In this document: piece by piece, positions 38,406 through 47,348 of the stretch
Layout of the letters: every line of letters starts with the position of its first letter
How positions within the stretch are numbered: position 1 is the stretch's first letter
Source of the DNA: an uncultured Verrucomicrobiae bacterium
Lineage (GTDB): Bacteria > Verrucomicrobiota > Verrucomicrobiia > Chthoniobacterales > JAFAMB01
Direction: 5' to 3'
Assembly (NCBI GenBank): GCA_963762565.1
Contig: CAVXLD010000001.1
Span: forward strand, 1,408,001 to 1,472,000
Length of the DNA: 64,000 nucleotides
Position numbers and translations under genes: made by a program
The notes under the pieces: generated by a model
Told to the model about the DNA's origin: nothing
What the model saw: the letters and a program-made list of their open reading frames with translations, nothing else
Databases searched by the model: none

Positions 38406-39041
38406 ATGAGCGGTGGCGAGTTTTTTGTTCAGGAACCTTCGGTCCACGCTTTCATCGCTGAAGTTCAGTCGGCGCTGGAGCGCGAATCCGACGTACATAA
38501 GCGCCTGGCCAGTCTAAGATCGCCCTACCGGAAGCTGCTGGAAGACCGATCGTGGCTACCGGCAGAGTTCCGGGAGATCAACCCGAACAGCGGGATGGGC
38601 GGCGGGATTGCGTCGTGGTTGCTCTTCCAATCTTCAGCCAAAGACCTGTCGCTTTTCGCTCTGGTTGTGCCGCCTGGGGTTACCACCCCTATCCATAATC
38701 ACCTGGCCTGGGGTTTGGTCGGACTTTACCAGGGAGAACAGGAGGAAGAAGAATTCGAAGTAGAACAGCACGATCATTTACATCCGGGCGACAGCGTGCG
38801 GATGAATCGGCGTTTTCTGCGGGTATTGAAGCCGGGCGAGTTTTATGAGCTCATACCGCCTCATAATGACGTTCACCGGGTTAAGACCATCTCGGCCGAG
38901 CCGTCGATCAGTCTACATTTGCTTGCTAACGATACCGGATGCGTGATTCGACAGAGATTCGACGGAACTGGCCGAGTTGACGAATTTCGATCGGGCTGGA
39001 GTAACAAACCTTGTCCTGAATCGTTGGCTGATCGACATTAA
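38406..39041 (+). CDS. Cysteine dioxygenase-like cupin
   Basis: TPIHNHLAWGLVG, DVHRV and SISLH motifs. Confidence 0.8.
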   Translation: MSGGEFFVQEPSVHAFIAEVQSALERESDVHKRLASLRSPYRKLLEDRSWLPAEFREINPNSGMGGGIASWLLFQSSAKDLSLFALVVPPGVTTPIHNHLAWGLVGLYQGEQEEEEFEVEQHDHLHPGDSVRMNRRFLRVLKPGEFYELIPPHNDVHRVKTISAEPSISLHLLANDTGCVIRQRFDGTGRVDEFRSGWSNKPCPESLADRH

Positions 39042-39061
39042 GACGCGATCCTCTACCAGCC

Positions 39062-40549
39062 ATGGCCTTAAAAGTAACCCCCCTTAGAGAAGCAAATCTG
39101 AATTTACTCCCACCGGAGGTGGGCGTACCGACTTACAATCGGAAAGAAGTTGGCCAGTCGATCTGTCACGTGGGCGTCGGCGGTTTCCATCGGGCGCATC
39201 AAGCGGTTTACGCAGACGATCTCCTGCAAAAGAGAGATAATTTGGAGTGGGGGTTGTGTGGGATTGGACTTTTGCCTCACGACGTTCGGCTGCGGGACGT
39301 TCTCCGGGATCAAGACTACCTGTACACAGTCGTCGAGCGCGAGCTGGGGCAGGATCAGGCCAGAGTGATCGGTTCGATAGTCAATTTTCTTTACGCCCCT
39401 GAGAATCGAGAAGCCGTCCTAGAGAAATTAGCGGCTCCGGCAACCAAGATCGTTTCGCTGACCATTACCGAAGGCGGTTATTATCTGAACCAAGCGACCG
39501 GCGAATTCGACGATCAACACCCGGATATCAAACACGATCTCGAGCATCCGCATAAACCGGATTGCTCGTTCGGGTACCTAATCGAGGCTTTGAATCGGAG
39601 GCGGGAGCGAGGTCAACCGCCATTCACCATCATGTCATGTGACAATGTGCAGAGTAACGGGGAGATCTCTAAACGTATGCTCCTGGCATTCGCTGAGCTT
39701 CGGGATCCTGCGCTCCGGAACTGGCTGGAAAGAAATGGAGCGTTTCCGAACAGCATGGTGGATCGCATCACGCCGGCAACCACAGACGCTCACCGCGAGT
39801 TTGTACGAGAAAAATTTGGTATCGATGATGCTTGGCCGGTCGTACCGGAGGCATTCCGCCAGTGGGTAATCGAGGACCATTTCCTCCATGGCCGCCCCGC
39901 CTGGGAAGAGGCCGGCGCAGAAATGACTTCCGATGTGTTGCCCTATGAGAAGATGAAAATGCGTCTCTTGAACGCCAGTCATCAAACCATGTGCTACATC
40001 GGCATGTTAGTAGGGTATCAATATGCCGACGAAACCATGGGTGACGCGGAGATCGTACGCCTTGTACAGCGCATGATGGATGACGAGGTCACGCCTATCT
40101 TAGATCCGGTACCCGGTATTGACCTGGACGATTATAAACGGACCCTGATCCGCCGGTTCTCCAATCCTGCGATTAAAGATACCTTGGTCCGGTTGGCGAC
40201 CGAAGGGTCAGCGCGGATCCCAAAGTTCATTCTCCCATCGATCGTCGATAGTCTGAGTTCCGGTACGCCAAATCGGTTGTTGATCTTTACGGTGGCGACT
40301 TGGTTCCGGTATCTCACCGGCACCGATGATCATGGTCGCGAGCTGCAGATTATCGATCCGCTTAAAGAGCGGTTAAAAGAGCGCGCTCTGAAAGGCAAGG
40401 AGGACCCGGGTCCATTGCTGGAAATCTCGGAATTGTTCCCAGCCGCTTTAACGCAGTCAGCGTTGTTCCTGAACGAGCTACGCGACGCGATGCGCTATTT
40501 ATACGGCGAAGGGGCTAGGGCGGCTTTAACGCGATACCTTGGGGCGTAG
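39062..40549 (+). CDS. Mannitol dehydrogenase family protein
   Basis: HVGVGGFHRAHQA, SLTITEGGY, SCDN, FPNSMVDRITP and KMRLLNASH motifs. Confidence 0.92.
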   Translation: MALKVTPLREANLNLLPPEVGVPTYNRKEVGQSICHVGVGGFHRAHQAVYADDLLQKRDNLEWGLCGIGLLPHDVRLRDVLRDQDYLYTVVERELGQDQARVIGSIVNFLYAPENREAVLEKLAAPATKIVSLTITEGGYYLNQATGEFDDQHPDIKHDLEHPHKPDCSFGYLIEALNRRRERGQPPFTIMSCDNVQSNGEISKRMLLAFAELRDPALRNWLERNGAFPNSMVDRITPATTDAHREFVREKFGIDDAWPVVPEAFRQWVIEDHFLHGRPAWEEAGAEMTSDVLPYEKMKMRLLNASHQTMCYIGMLVGYQYADETMGDAEIVRLVQRMMDDEVTPILDPVPGIDLDDYKRTLIRRFSNPAIKDTLVRLATEGSARIPKFILPSIVDSLSSGTPNRLLIFTVATWFRYLTGTDDHGRELQIIDPLKERLKERALKGKEDPGPLLEISELFPAALTQSALFLNELRDAMRYLYGEGARAALTRYLGA

Positions 40550-40565
40550 GGGCAGCACGACTGGT

Positions 40566-40740
40566 AATCGTCCAATCGTCCTGGGCGTCGGTTTGGGACA
40601 ACTGGGCTGGACGCTGCGCGAACCGGTAAAAAAAGCCGCTATGGAGAACATATAAGTCCCATAGGTCATATAGGTCCCATCCGGTCGCGTAGCCCGTGGT
40701 TCGCACCGATTCGAGGACGAGGACGACGACGAGGACGAAT
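40566..40740. repeat. GAGGAC/GACGAC hexamer arms enclosing a CATAGGTCC 9-mer array
   Basis: AATCGTCC...; CATATAAGTCCCATAGGTCATATAGGTCCCAT; TCGAGGACGAGGACGACGACGAGGACGAAT. Confidence 0.75.
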
Positions 40741-40760
40741 CCCGACTAAGCCTTCGGGGC

Positions 40761-41375
40761 TTAAACCGGTTGCCGTAGCAGTATCTGGACAACGGGAGGA
40801 GACATCGACACATGAACTCCTTTTCTGAACTTAACAAGCTGAGCGCCTTCGTTCAGCGCGATATCGAGAATCTCTTCTCCCTGACATTCGAAAAAGGGCC
40901 TATTTGCTTGAGGTGTTCCTTGGCTAAAGGCGATCGCTAACTTCCCTCCGGGTGAGAGCAGTCCGATAAGAGAAGCGATGGCGGGCGCTCTTTCGTCCGG
41001 CGCCAGGTGCATCCACATCGCGTTCGAAAGGATAAAATCGAAGCGAGATTTTCGAGCAGAAACTTTGGCGAGTTGAGGTAAGCGATCGTCGATCCATTCG
41101 ACATTGCGACAACGCCCAAGGCGTTTGGCATGGGCCGTCATTCGCCTGGACGGCTCTACCGCCACCACCTTGTGACCAAGCGAGCAAAGCCAAGCTGCGT
41201 CTCGCCCTGGACCGGCCCCAACATCAAGAACGTGCGCCGGCGGTCTGGGGAGATCCTTTCGCAACCAGGCATTTGCGTCGGTAGCCCGGATCGATTCGTG
41301 ACGTTCGATTACGGATTCAGCGTGCAGGTTATACCATTCGATAGAATCAACGGCCAGGTCAGCATTGGGGGCCAT
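40761..41375 (-). CDS. Class I SAM-dependent methyltransferase
   Basis: VLDVGAGPGRDA, AVEPS and FDFILSNAMWMHL motifs. Confidence 0.88.
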   Translation of the reverse strand: MAPNADLAVDSIEWYNLHAESVIERHESIRATDANAWLRKDLPRPPAHVLDVGAGPGRDAAWLCSLGHKVVAVEPSRRMTAHAKRLGRCRNVEWIDDRLPQLAKVSARKSRFDFILSNAMWMHLAPDERAPAIASLIGLLSPGGKLAIAFSQGTPQANRPFFECQGEEILDIALNEGAQLVKFRKGVHVSMSPPVVQILLRQPV

Positions 41376-41429
41376 GCATTAAGATATAATGATGTTTCGG
41401 ACTGAGGCAATGGGACAGGAGCTGAGACA

Positions 41430-41516
41430 GCGAAACGGCGAATGGGCGAGCAGGCGAAACGGCGAGGGCTGTTCGCCCACACGTTCGGTCGCCCTTTCGC
41501 CCACTCGCCGTTTCGC
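41430..41516. repeat. Inverted GGCGAAAC 8-mer array pair
   Basis: GCGAAACGGCGAATGGGCGA / TCGCCCACTCGCCGTTTCGC. Confidence 0.8.
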
Positions 41517-41588
41517 GGTTTCGTCTGCTCTCCCGGCATTGACAACCTCCAGACTAGTAAGACCTTGCTAGGAATCCCCATCAGACCT

Positions 41589-42215
41589 ATGAACGCAAAA
41601 ACTACTGCAGTAGTCCTCATTGAGTTCCAGAACGATTTCACCTCACAGGGTGGCAAACTTCATGATGCAGTGAAGCCAGTCATGGAATCGACCGGCATGC
41701 TGGAGAACACGGTCGCTACAGTTAATGAAGCGAGAAACGCAGGCGCAATTATCGTTCACGTTCCCATTCAGTTCGCGCCCGATTTTCGGGAGATCAGCAA
41801 TTCACCATATGGCATCCTCAAAGGCTGCAAAGACGGTGAGACGTTCCAGAAAGGGACTTGGGGAGCAGAAATTGTTGATGCGCTAAAGCCGGACGCAACT
41901 GATATCGTAGTCGAGGGGAAACGCGGACTAGACGGATTCGCGACCACGAATCTCGATTTCATTCTACGGAGCCGAAAGATCGAGAACGTAGCAATAGCCG
42001 GTTTCCTGACGAATTGCTGCGTCGAGTCAACCATGCGGACTGCCTACGAACTAGGCTACAATGTTGTTACTCTCAAAGATTGTGCGGCCACTGTTAGCGA
42101 AGAAGCCCACCAAAATGCGATCGCACATGACTTTCCGATGTTCTCCCATCCGCTGACTCACGAAGAATTTCTGGCAGAACTCGCCGGCAAAAAGGTGGAG
42201 GTCGCAGCGACCTAG
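41589..42215 (+). CDS. Isochorismatase-like cysteine hydrolase
   Basis: IEFQNDF, GK and GFLTNCCVEST motifs; ATG at 41589. Confidence 0.9.
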   Translation: MNAKTTAVVLIEFQNDFTSQGGKLHDAVKPVMESTGMLENTVATVNEARNAGAIIVHVPIQFAPDFREISNSPYGILKGCKDGETFQKGTWGAEIVDALKPDATDIVVEGKRGLDGFATTNLDFILRSRKIENVAIAGFLTNCCVESTMRTAYELGYNVVTLKDCAATVSEEAHQNAIAHDFPMFSHPLTHEEFLAELAGKKVEVAAT

Positions 42216-42224
42216 AATCAGTGT

Positions 42225-42557
42225 TGGTGGGGCGAGGCTCCGGAAAGGACTAAGGTGCCATGCAAGGCGAATTATGTTCGCCGCGATTGTCACTCACTGG
42301 GCCGAGACCCTGCCGAGCCGGACCCGTCGCATGCCACCTCTTTAGACGGTCGAAGATATCGCCGCGGGCTTCGAACACGGCCCGCTTTCCATTAGGCGCG
42401 ATCTCGTAAGCCCGAATCTGTTTGGACCAGTCCCCGATCCCTTAGGTGCATTAGCGCTGGGCAGCGGCTCGGCAGCATCAGCCTGGTTCAGGATCTGGTC
42501 GAGAACCGCCGGAGACCCGGCGAACATCAGGCCTAGTTCCGGAGCCTCGCCCTACCA
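42225..42557. mobile_element. REPIN/MITE-like element, family A
   Basis: TGGTGGGGCGAGGCTCCGGAA ... TTCCGGAGCCTCGCCCTACCA; inner CTGCCGAGCCG / CGGCTCGGCAG. Confidence 0.8.
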
Positions 42558-42634
42558 CCCCGAGGCTCCGGTCACACTTTCGCCCATTCGCCGCTTCGCC
42601 CTATCGCCGGTTCGCTTACTCGCATTTCCTACTT

Positions 42635-42991
42635 TCACCCAAAGCCGGCAATAACTAGGAGCGCCAATAACACCACTGCTATCAAAAAGAACAGCAGCAC
42701 GGCGTCCCCGAACGGATCCGGCAAGCGGATACAACGCCTTCTTTGCTCCGCAGCCAAGCGAACCGTTTCTTCTAGCCCGAGTAATCGGTCCTCCGCCTCG
42801 GCTTCTTTTAAGAAAGCTCGCCGGGCAGTAAAGAAATCGATGATCTTTTCACTCTGCAAATCGGAGCTGACGGCCCTTTGCTGGGTCGTCTTGGCACTTT
42901 CAGGCTGTTCTGTCGTAATCATGGAGGGTTGGTAACAGCGAACCGACAGAGGCATAACCTCTGATCGAGTTACAGGTTGATTGAGATTCAC
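42635..42991 (-). CDS. Hypothetical protein with C-terminal TM helix (start uncertain, possibly 42922)
   Basis: C-terminal hydrophobic helix; fills the gap. Confidence 0.5.
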   Translation of the reverse strand: MNLNQPVTRSEVMPLSVRCYQPSMITTEQPESAKTTQQRAVSSDLQSEKIIDFFTARRAFLKEAEAEDRLLGLEETVRLAAEQRRRCIRLPDPFGDAVLLFFLIAVVLLALLVIAGFG

Positions 42992-43064
42992 CGTGAGCCG
43001 CGCTCAGCACGACTCAGGTTGACCGAACGAAATACGCCGCGATTGCGGCGGAAAAGCGGAGGAT

Positions 43065-43145
43065 TTACGGCTTGGCCATCCCGAAGAAGGGCAATCCGAC
43101 AATGCGACGCTGCGAGTGATACCAATCGGTGCGCGTTTTGATCAT
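43065..43145 (-). CDS. Candidate 26-aa small ORF MIKTRTDWYHSQRRIVGLPFFGMAKP
   Basis: AAAGGAGG Shine-Dalgarno 4 nt before the ATG; followed by a CGCCGC-AATC-GCGGCG hairpin and a T-rich tail. Confidence 0.4.
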   Translation of the reverse strand: MIKTRTDWYHSQRRIVGLPFFGMAKP

Positions 43146-43208
43146 ATTGCCTCCTTTCAAGAGAGGTCGAGACTGAACCAGAAGAACGGGTATTCCGCAA
43201 CTGAAAAG

Positions 43209-44042
43209 TTAGCGCGATCCCGGTTCTACCTGCTCAATTTCTTCAGTGGTGACCCGAAAATGCTCTAGAGTATGCCTTCCAAACGCCATAGCGATGGGGA
43301 CATCGCCAGCATCGCGGCCGCGGCCAATCACAACTCGACCGATCCGGCGCGCGTTGTGTCGAGCATCAAATGTGTACCACCGGTTGCCTAGAAAAACCTC
43401 GAACCAAGCGCTGAAATCCATTGGATCCGGGGTGGCAGGAACCCCGATATCGCCCAGATAGCCGGTCACGTAGCGCGCAGGGAAATTGAGGCAACGGCAC
43501 AATGTGATCGCCAAGTGGGTAAAGTCGCGGCAAACACCGACCCGTTCATGAAAAGCCTCAAGGGCCGTGCGGTTGGACCTCGCTTGCAGGTAGTCAAATC
43601 GGATATGCCGGTGGACAAAGTCACAGACCGCTTGCACCCGGTGCCAACCGGTCGGGGTTGATCCGAAGGTGGACCAGGCAAAGTCGAGCAATTCGCTATC
43701 CACTTCGCAGTATCGGCTGGGAAGAACGAAAGCCAGTGTCTCGAGGGGCAAGGAAGTAACATCATTCTGGAGCTCGGCGGGAAAGCAAGGATCAGGCTCG
43801 CCCAAATCACGTATCACTGCCTCGTTGATAAACCGGATGTTGCCCATGAGCGCATTCACGCGGCCACAGCGGTTCCCGAATCCGTCGAGATACTCTTCAA
43901 TGGGCAAACTCGGCTCAACCCGGAAATTCTCGGGGGTTACCAAATCGGCGCCACGAGAAGGATGAACGCGTAATACGAAGACGATGGTGGTGGCAGCTGG
44001 GAGACCCAGGGCAATATCGTAACCTAGCTTGATAAAGATCAC
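43209..44042 (-). CDS. Transglutaminase-like protein
   Basis: PSRYCE, GVCRDFTHL, PARYVTGYLGD and DFSAWFE motifs; GTG coupled to the upstream stop. Confidence 0.9.
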   Translation of the reverse strand: MIFIKLGYDIALGLPAATTIVFVLRVHPSRGADLVTPENFRVEPSLPIEEYLDGFGNRCGRVNALMGNIRFINEAVIRDLGEPDPCFPAELQNDVTSLPLETLAFVLPSRYCEVDSELLDFAWSTFGSTPTGWHRVQAVCDFVHRHIRFDYLQARSNRTALEAFHERVGVCRDFTHLAITLCRCLNFPARYVTGYLGDIGVPATPDPMDFSAWFEVFLGNRWYTFDARHNARRIGRVVIGRGRDAGDVPIAMAFGRHTLEHFRVTTEEIEQVEPGSR

Positions 44043-45247
44043 GCTGTCGCTCCCTTTTTGCCCCAATGCAGTAGGCATCGCACCAGGAGCTTAGGCCCAA
44101 ATAACAAAGCGGATTCATTGAGGTCGAAAGTGGCAGTGTGCACTGGTGTTACTTTTCTTTCCGGAAAAGCTGTGCCCAAGGTCATCATACAGCCAGGCAC
44201 TTTCGCGGTGTAATCGGCGAAATCCTCGCCCCCGAGGCTCGGTGGATCATTGCTGATCACGTTTTCGGAGCCCAGGAACTCGCGAGCGACTGCGGCGCAG
44301 GCGATAGCCGTGTGTTCGTCGTTCACCATCCCGTTCAACAGACTTCTAAATGTCACCTTTATATCGGCTTTAAATGCCCGCGCGGTCGCCTCCGAAAGTC
44401 GTTCGAGGGTTGCACTGGCGTCGATCGCGACCTCCCCTCGAAGAGCGCGGATAGTTCCTTTTAATGTAACTAAATCCGGGATCACGTTGCTGGTGTGTCC
44501 ACCCTGGATCATGCCAATCGTTATCACCAGAGGATCTCGGGTATCGGAACTCCGTGGCAGGGCTTGATAGATTAGAGTGACCAGATGAGCGGCTGCCGCA
44601 ATCGGATCGATAGTGGAATACGGCCGGGCGGCGTGCCCTCCTCGTCCGTGGACTTCGATCGCAAAATCGCGACAAAAAGCGCTCCGGGGGCCGGGAGTAA
44701 CTCCAACCTTCCCTTTTTGTCGATTCGGATCGACATGCAGAGCCAGGATGCCGTCAACGCTCTCCAGTGCGCCTTCCTGTATCAATTGTTGAGCGCCCTG
44801 CCCCTCTTCTTCGCTAGGCTGGAAGATGATGCGCCAAGAGAATGGTAATTTATTTTCCTGCTTAAGCGCCAGGGCTGTCGTCAACAGCATGGCGGTATGC
44901 GCATCGTGACCGCAGGCGTGCATTACCCCGGGGTTGTTCGAGCGATAAAGGGTGTCGGTTTCCTCCGGAATCGGTAAGGCATCGATGTCTGCTCGCAGCG
45001 CAATAACCGGAGCTCCCGGATCGGGCGAGCGCACAATATCGCCAATGATGCCACGCCCGTTCGCAGCCAATCGGTGCGGGATCGCCGCACCAGCGAGAAC
45101 TTGGCTGATGAAACGAGCCGTGTTTGTCTCTTGGCCGCTGAGCTCCGGGTGTTGATGAATGTGACGCCGGAATGCGATGAGTTTAGGTTCGGTTTCTTCC
45201 AGGTAACTGTCTAGCCGCTGAACAACTTCGATCGATTGCTGCTCCAT
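44039..45247 (-). CDS. M20D family amidohydrolase
   Basis: HQHPELS, LRADIDALP, MHACGHD, FQPSEE and GGEDF motifs. Confidence 0.92.
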   Translation of the reverse strand: MEQQSIEVVQRLDSYLEETEPKLIAFRRHIHQHPELSGQETNTARFISQVLAGAAIPHRLAANGRGIIGDIVRSPDPGAPVIALRADIDALPIPEETDTLYRSNNPGVMHACGHDAHTAMLLTTALALKQENKLPFSWRIIFQPSEEEGQGAQQLIQEGALESVDGILALHVDPNRQKGKVGVTPGPRSAFCRDFAIEVHGRGGHAARPYSTIDPIAAAAHLVTLIYQALPRSSDTRDPLVITIGMIQGGHTSNVIPDLVTLKGTIRALRGEVAIDASATLERLSEATARAFKADIKVTFRSLLNGMVNDEHTAIACAAVAREFLGSENVISNDPPSLGGEDFADYTAKVPGCMMTLGTAFPERKVTPVHTATFDLNESALLFGPKLLVRCLLHWGKKGATA

Positions 45248-45312
45248 CCGATGGAGACGACTTTAGCGCGGGACGGCCGCTTGTCCCAAGGATTTCGTGG
45301 AGCGAGTCTTAA

Positions 45313-45399
45313 CTCGTAATCGTTCTCGTCGTTGTCGAGCGCGGTTGTGGCCAGCGCACGGAAGGGGCCTGCATCGCGCAAATCGAGGACGATTACGAG
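45313..45399. repeat. Inverted hexamer array pair
   Basis: CTCGTAATCGTTCTCG / CGAGGACGATTACGAG. Confidence 0.7.
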
Positions 45400-45474
45400 A
45401 GCCGTCGACGGCTCACGATTAGGGCGTTGACGCTTAAAGCAATCCCGTTTCTTCTTTGGGGGGAGACTTTCGCC

Positions 45475-46389
45475 ATGGAACCATCAACTGATCCATCTCG
45501 ATTTGAGATAATGGAACGAGCCGTAGAGCTCAGGCTCGACTCTAAGAGATTGGCAGAGCTTCTGGATAATGGAGCCGAGTTTATCGTGACTTGGCGCGGT
45601 CAGAACTTGTTTGGTCAGAACGGTCTGGGAAAGCCAATTTTAGTTCCGGCAGCCCAGGCCAAACATTTAGCGACCCCGATTTTTCTAGGGTTGCGCCCGG
45701 ATGGTGTAGGCTTGTTTGCCGTGAATGTGGCTGGCGCGGATACCGAGGAGGCAGCCTTGCGCGCGATCGGCGTTGGCGACTCATCCGCTTTTGTTCAGCT
45801 TCGCGAATTCAAGGGAACGTTAACCCCGGATGAACGGAGCGCTTTGCTCTATTCGCGGGCTTTAGTCCACTGGCACGATACCCAGCGATTTTGCAGCCGT
45901 TGTGGAAGTCCAACGGTCGATACTGAGGGCGGCCATGTCATGGTGTGTACCAATCCGGGATGTAAGCACCAGTATTTCCCCCGCAGTGATCCAGCGACGA
46001 TCATGCTCGTTCATCGACCCGGTTTCTGTTTGCTAGGGCGGCAGCCCAGCTGGCCCGAAGGCGTCTATTCAACGTTAGCTGGATTCGTCGAGGCCGGAGA
46101 AAGCGCAGAACAGGCCGTCGTCCGGGAAGTAAAAGAAGAAAGCGGGATCGAGATCCAAAACCTGCGCTATTTCAGGTCTCAACCTTGGCCGTTTCCGCAG
46201 TCTCTGATGTTAGGGTTTTTCGCCGAGGCAGTTACAACTGAGATTGTTTGTGGGAGCGAACTGGCGGATGTCCGCTGGTTTAGCGTTGAAGAGACCCGGA
46301 CCCTACTAGCGCGGCTTTCCACCCGCATGCCTCACCTGGACACAATCGCGCGGAGATTGATCCGAACGTGGTTAGAACAGCAGGCGTAG
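45475..46389 (+). CDS. nudC: NAD(H) diphosphatase
   Basis: FCSRCG zinc finger, AGFVEAGES...REVKEE Nudix box, SQPWPFPQS. Confidence 0.92.
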   Translation: MEPSTDPSRFEIMERAVELRLDSKRLAELLDNGAEFIVTWRGQNLFGQNGLGKPILVPAAQAKHLATPIFLGLRPDGVGLFAVNVAGADTEEAALRAIGVGDSSAFVQLREFKGTLTPDERSALLYSRALVHWHDTQRFCSRCGSPTVDTEGGHVMVCTNPGCKHQYFPRSDPATIMLVHRPGFCLLGRQPSWPEGVYSTLAGFVEAGESAEQAVVREVKEESGIEIQNLRYFRSQPWPFPQSLMLGFFAEAVTTEIVCGSELADVRWFSVEETRTLLARLSTRMPHLDTIARRLIRTWLEQQA

Positions 46390-46398
46390 CGAAGACAA

Positions 46399-46642
46399 AA
46401 AATCTCACGCAAAGACGCCAAGGCGCAAAGTTCGAAGAAGAAAGCCGGAATAGCCGCGAAAGAACGCAAAAAACGCAAAAAAAAGACAGCCCCGGTAGGG
46501 CGAGGCTTCATTCCCCCTGCGACCTCTTTGGGTTTTTCCGGAGCCTAGCCCTACCAACTTTCTTTGCGTTCTTTGCGATCTTTCGCGGCTAATTTTGCCT
46601 TCTGTCTTTCCTTTGCGTCTTGGCGTCTTTGCGTGAGATTTT
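46399..46642. repeat. Three nested inverted-repeat layers
   Basis: Outer 46399-46430/46611-46642; middle 46451-46479/46563-46591; collapsed family A core 46494-46555. Confidence 0.88.
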
Positions 46643-46666
46643 CAGCTTTGAGCACATTTTCCGGAC

Positions 46667-47218
46667 GTGAAAGAGAAGATCATTCTATCCACGGTCAGTG
46701 CCTGGGAGCTTGGCGACCATTTTGAATCTGCGCAGGCGCAAAAGAATGACGCCTTGCGTGAAGCGAAAGTTGCGAAGCTGGACGGAGATCTGAGCGAGAA
46801 CGCCCCTTACCAGGCAGCTAAAGAAAAGTTTCGGACCATGGGCCGGATACAACGGCGATTGACCCGGGAAATGGATCAATTGTTGAAAGAGGGGCATCGT
46901 CTCGTGGATCCGCTAACTTGGGCCAGCGACAGCGTTGCGGAAGTCGTCGAGCTGGGCGCCGTAGTGGTGATCGATCTAGATGGTGAACGCGAGAAGTTCC
47001 TGGTTGCAGGCGCACGCGACCATCATATCCCCAATGAAGGCGACATCCTTCCGATTCCTTATAGCTCGCCTTTGGGAGGCGCGTTGATCGGGAAACACGA
47101 CCAGGAGCGTTTCACGGTGACCATCCGGGACGCCGTGCGCAGCGTGTACATCCACTCCATTCGCCGCCCGACCAGAGAAGAGATTCTGGCGATCTTTCCG
47201 GTGTTGAGGGAAGCGTGA
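46667..47218 (+). CDS. GreA/GreB family transcription factor
   Basis: GDLSENAPYQAAK and SSPLGGALIG motifs. Confidence 0.85.
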   Translation: MKEKIILSTVSAWELGDHFESAQAQKNDALREAKVAKLDGDLSENAPYQAAKEKFRTMGRIQRRLTREMDQLLKEGHRLVDPLTWASDSVAEVVELGAVVVIDLDGEREKFLVAGARDHHIPNEGDILPIPYSSPLGGALIGKHDQERFTVTIRDAVRSVYIHSIRRPTREEILAIFPVLREA

Positions 47219-47225
47219 GGCGTAA

Positions 47226-47347
47226 GGGAGGGCGCGCGTCCTCGCGCGCCGCGAAGACGTTCCAAGCCTGAGAGTGTATTTACGTCGCTCGTGGCAAGAT
47301 TGCGACCGGCTTCGATAACGGCGGATCGCGGGGACGCGATCCCTCCC
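47226..47347. repeat. REP doublet, family C
   Basis: GGGAG-GGCGCGCG-TCCT-CGCGCGCC facing GGATCGCG-GGGA-CGCGATCC-CTCCC. Confidence 0.8.
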
Positions 47348-47348
47348 C

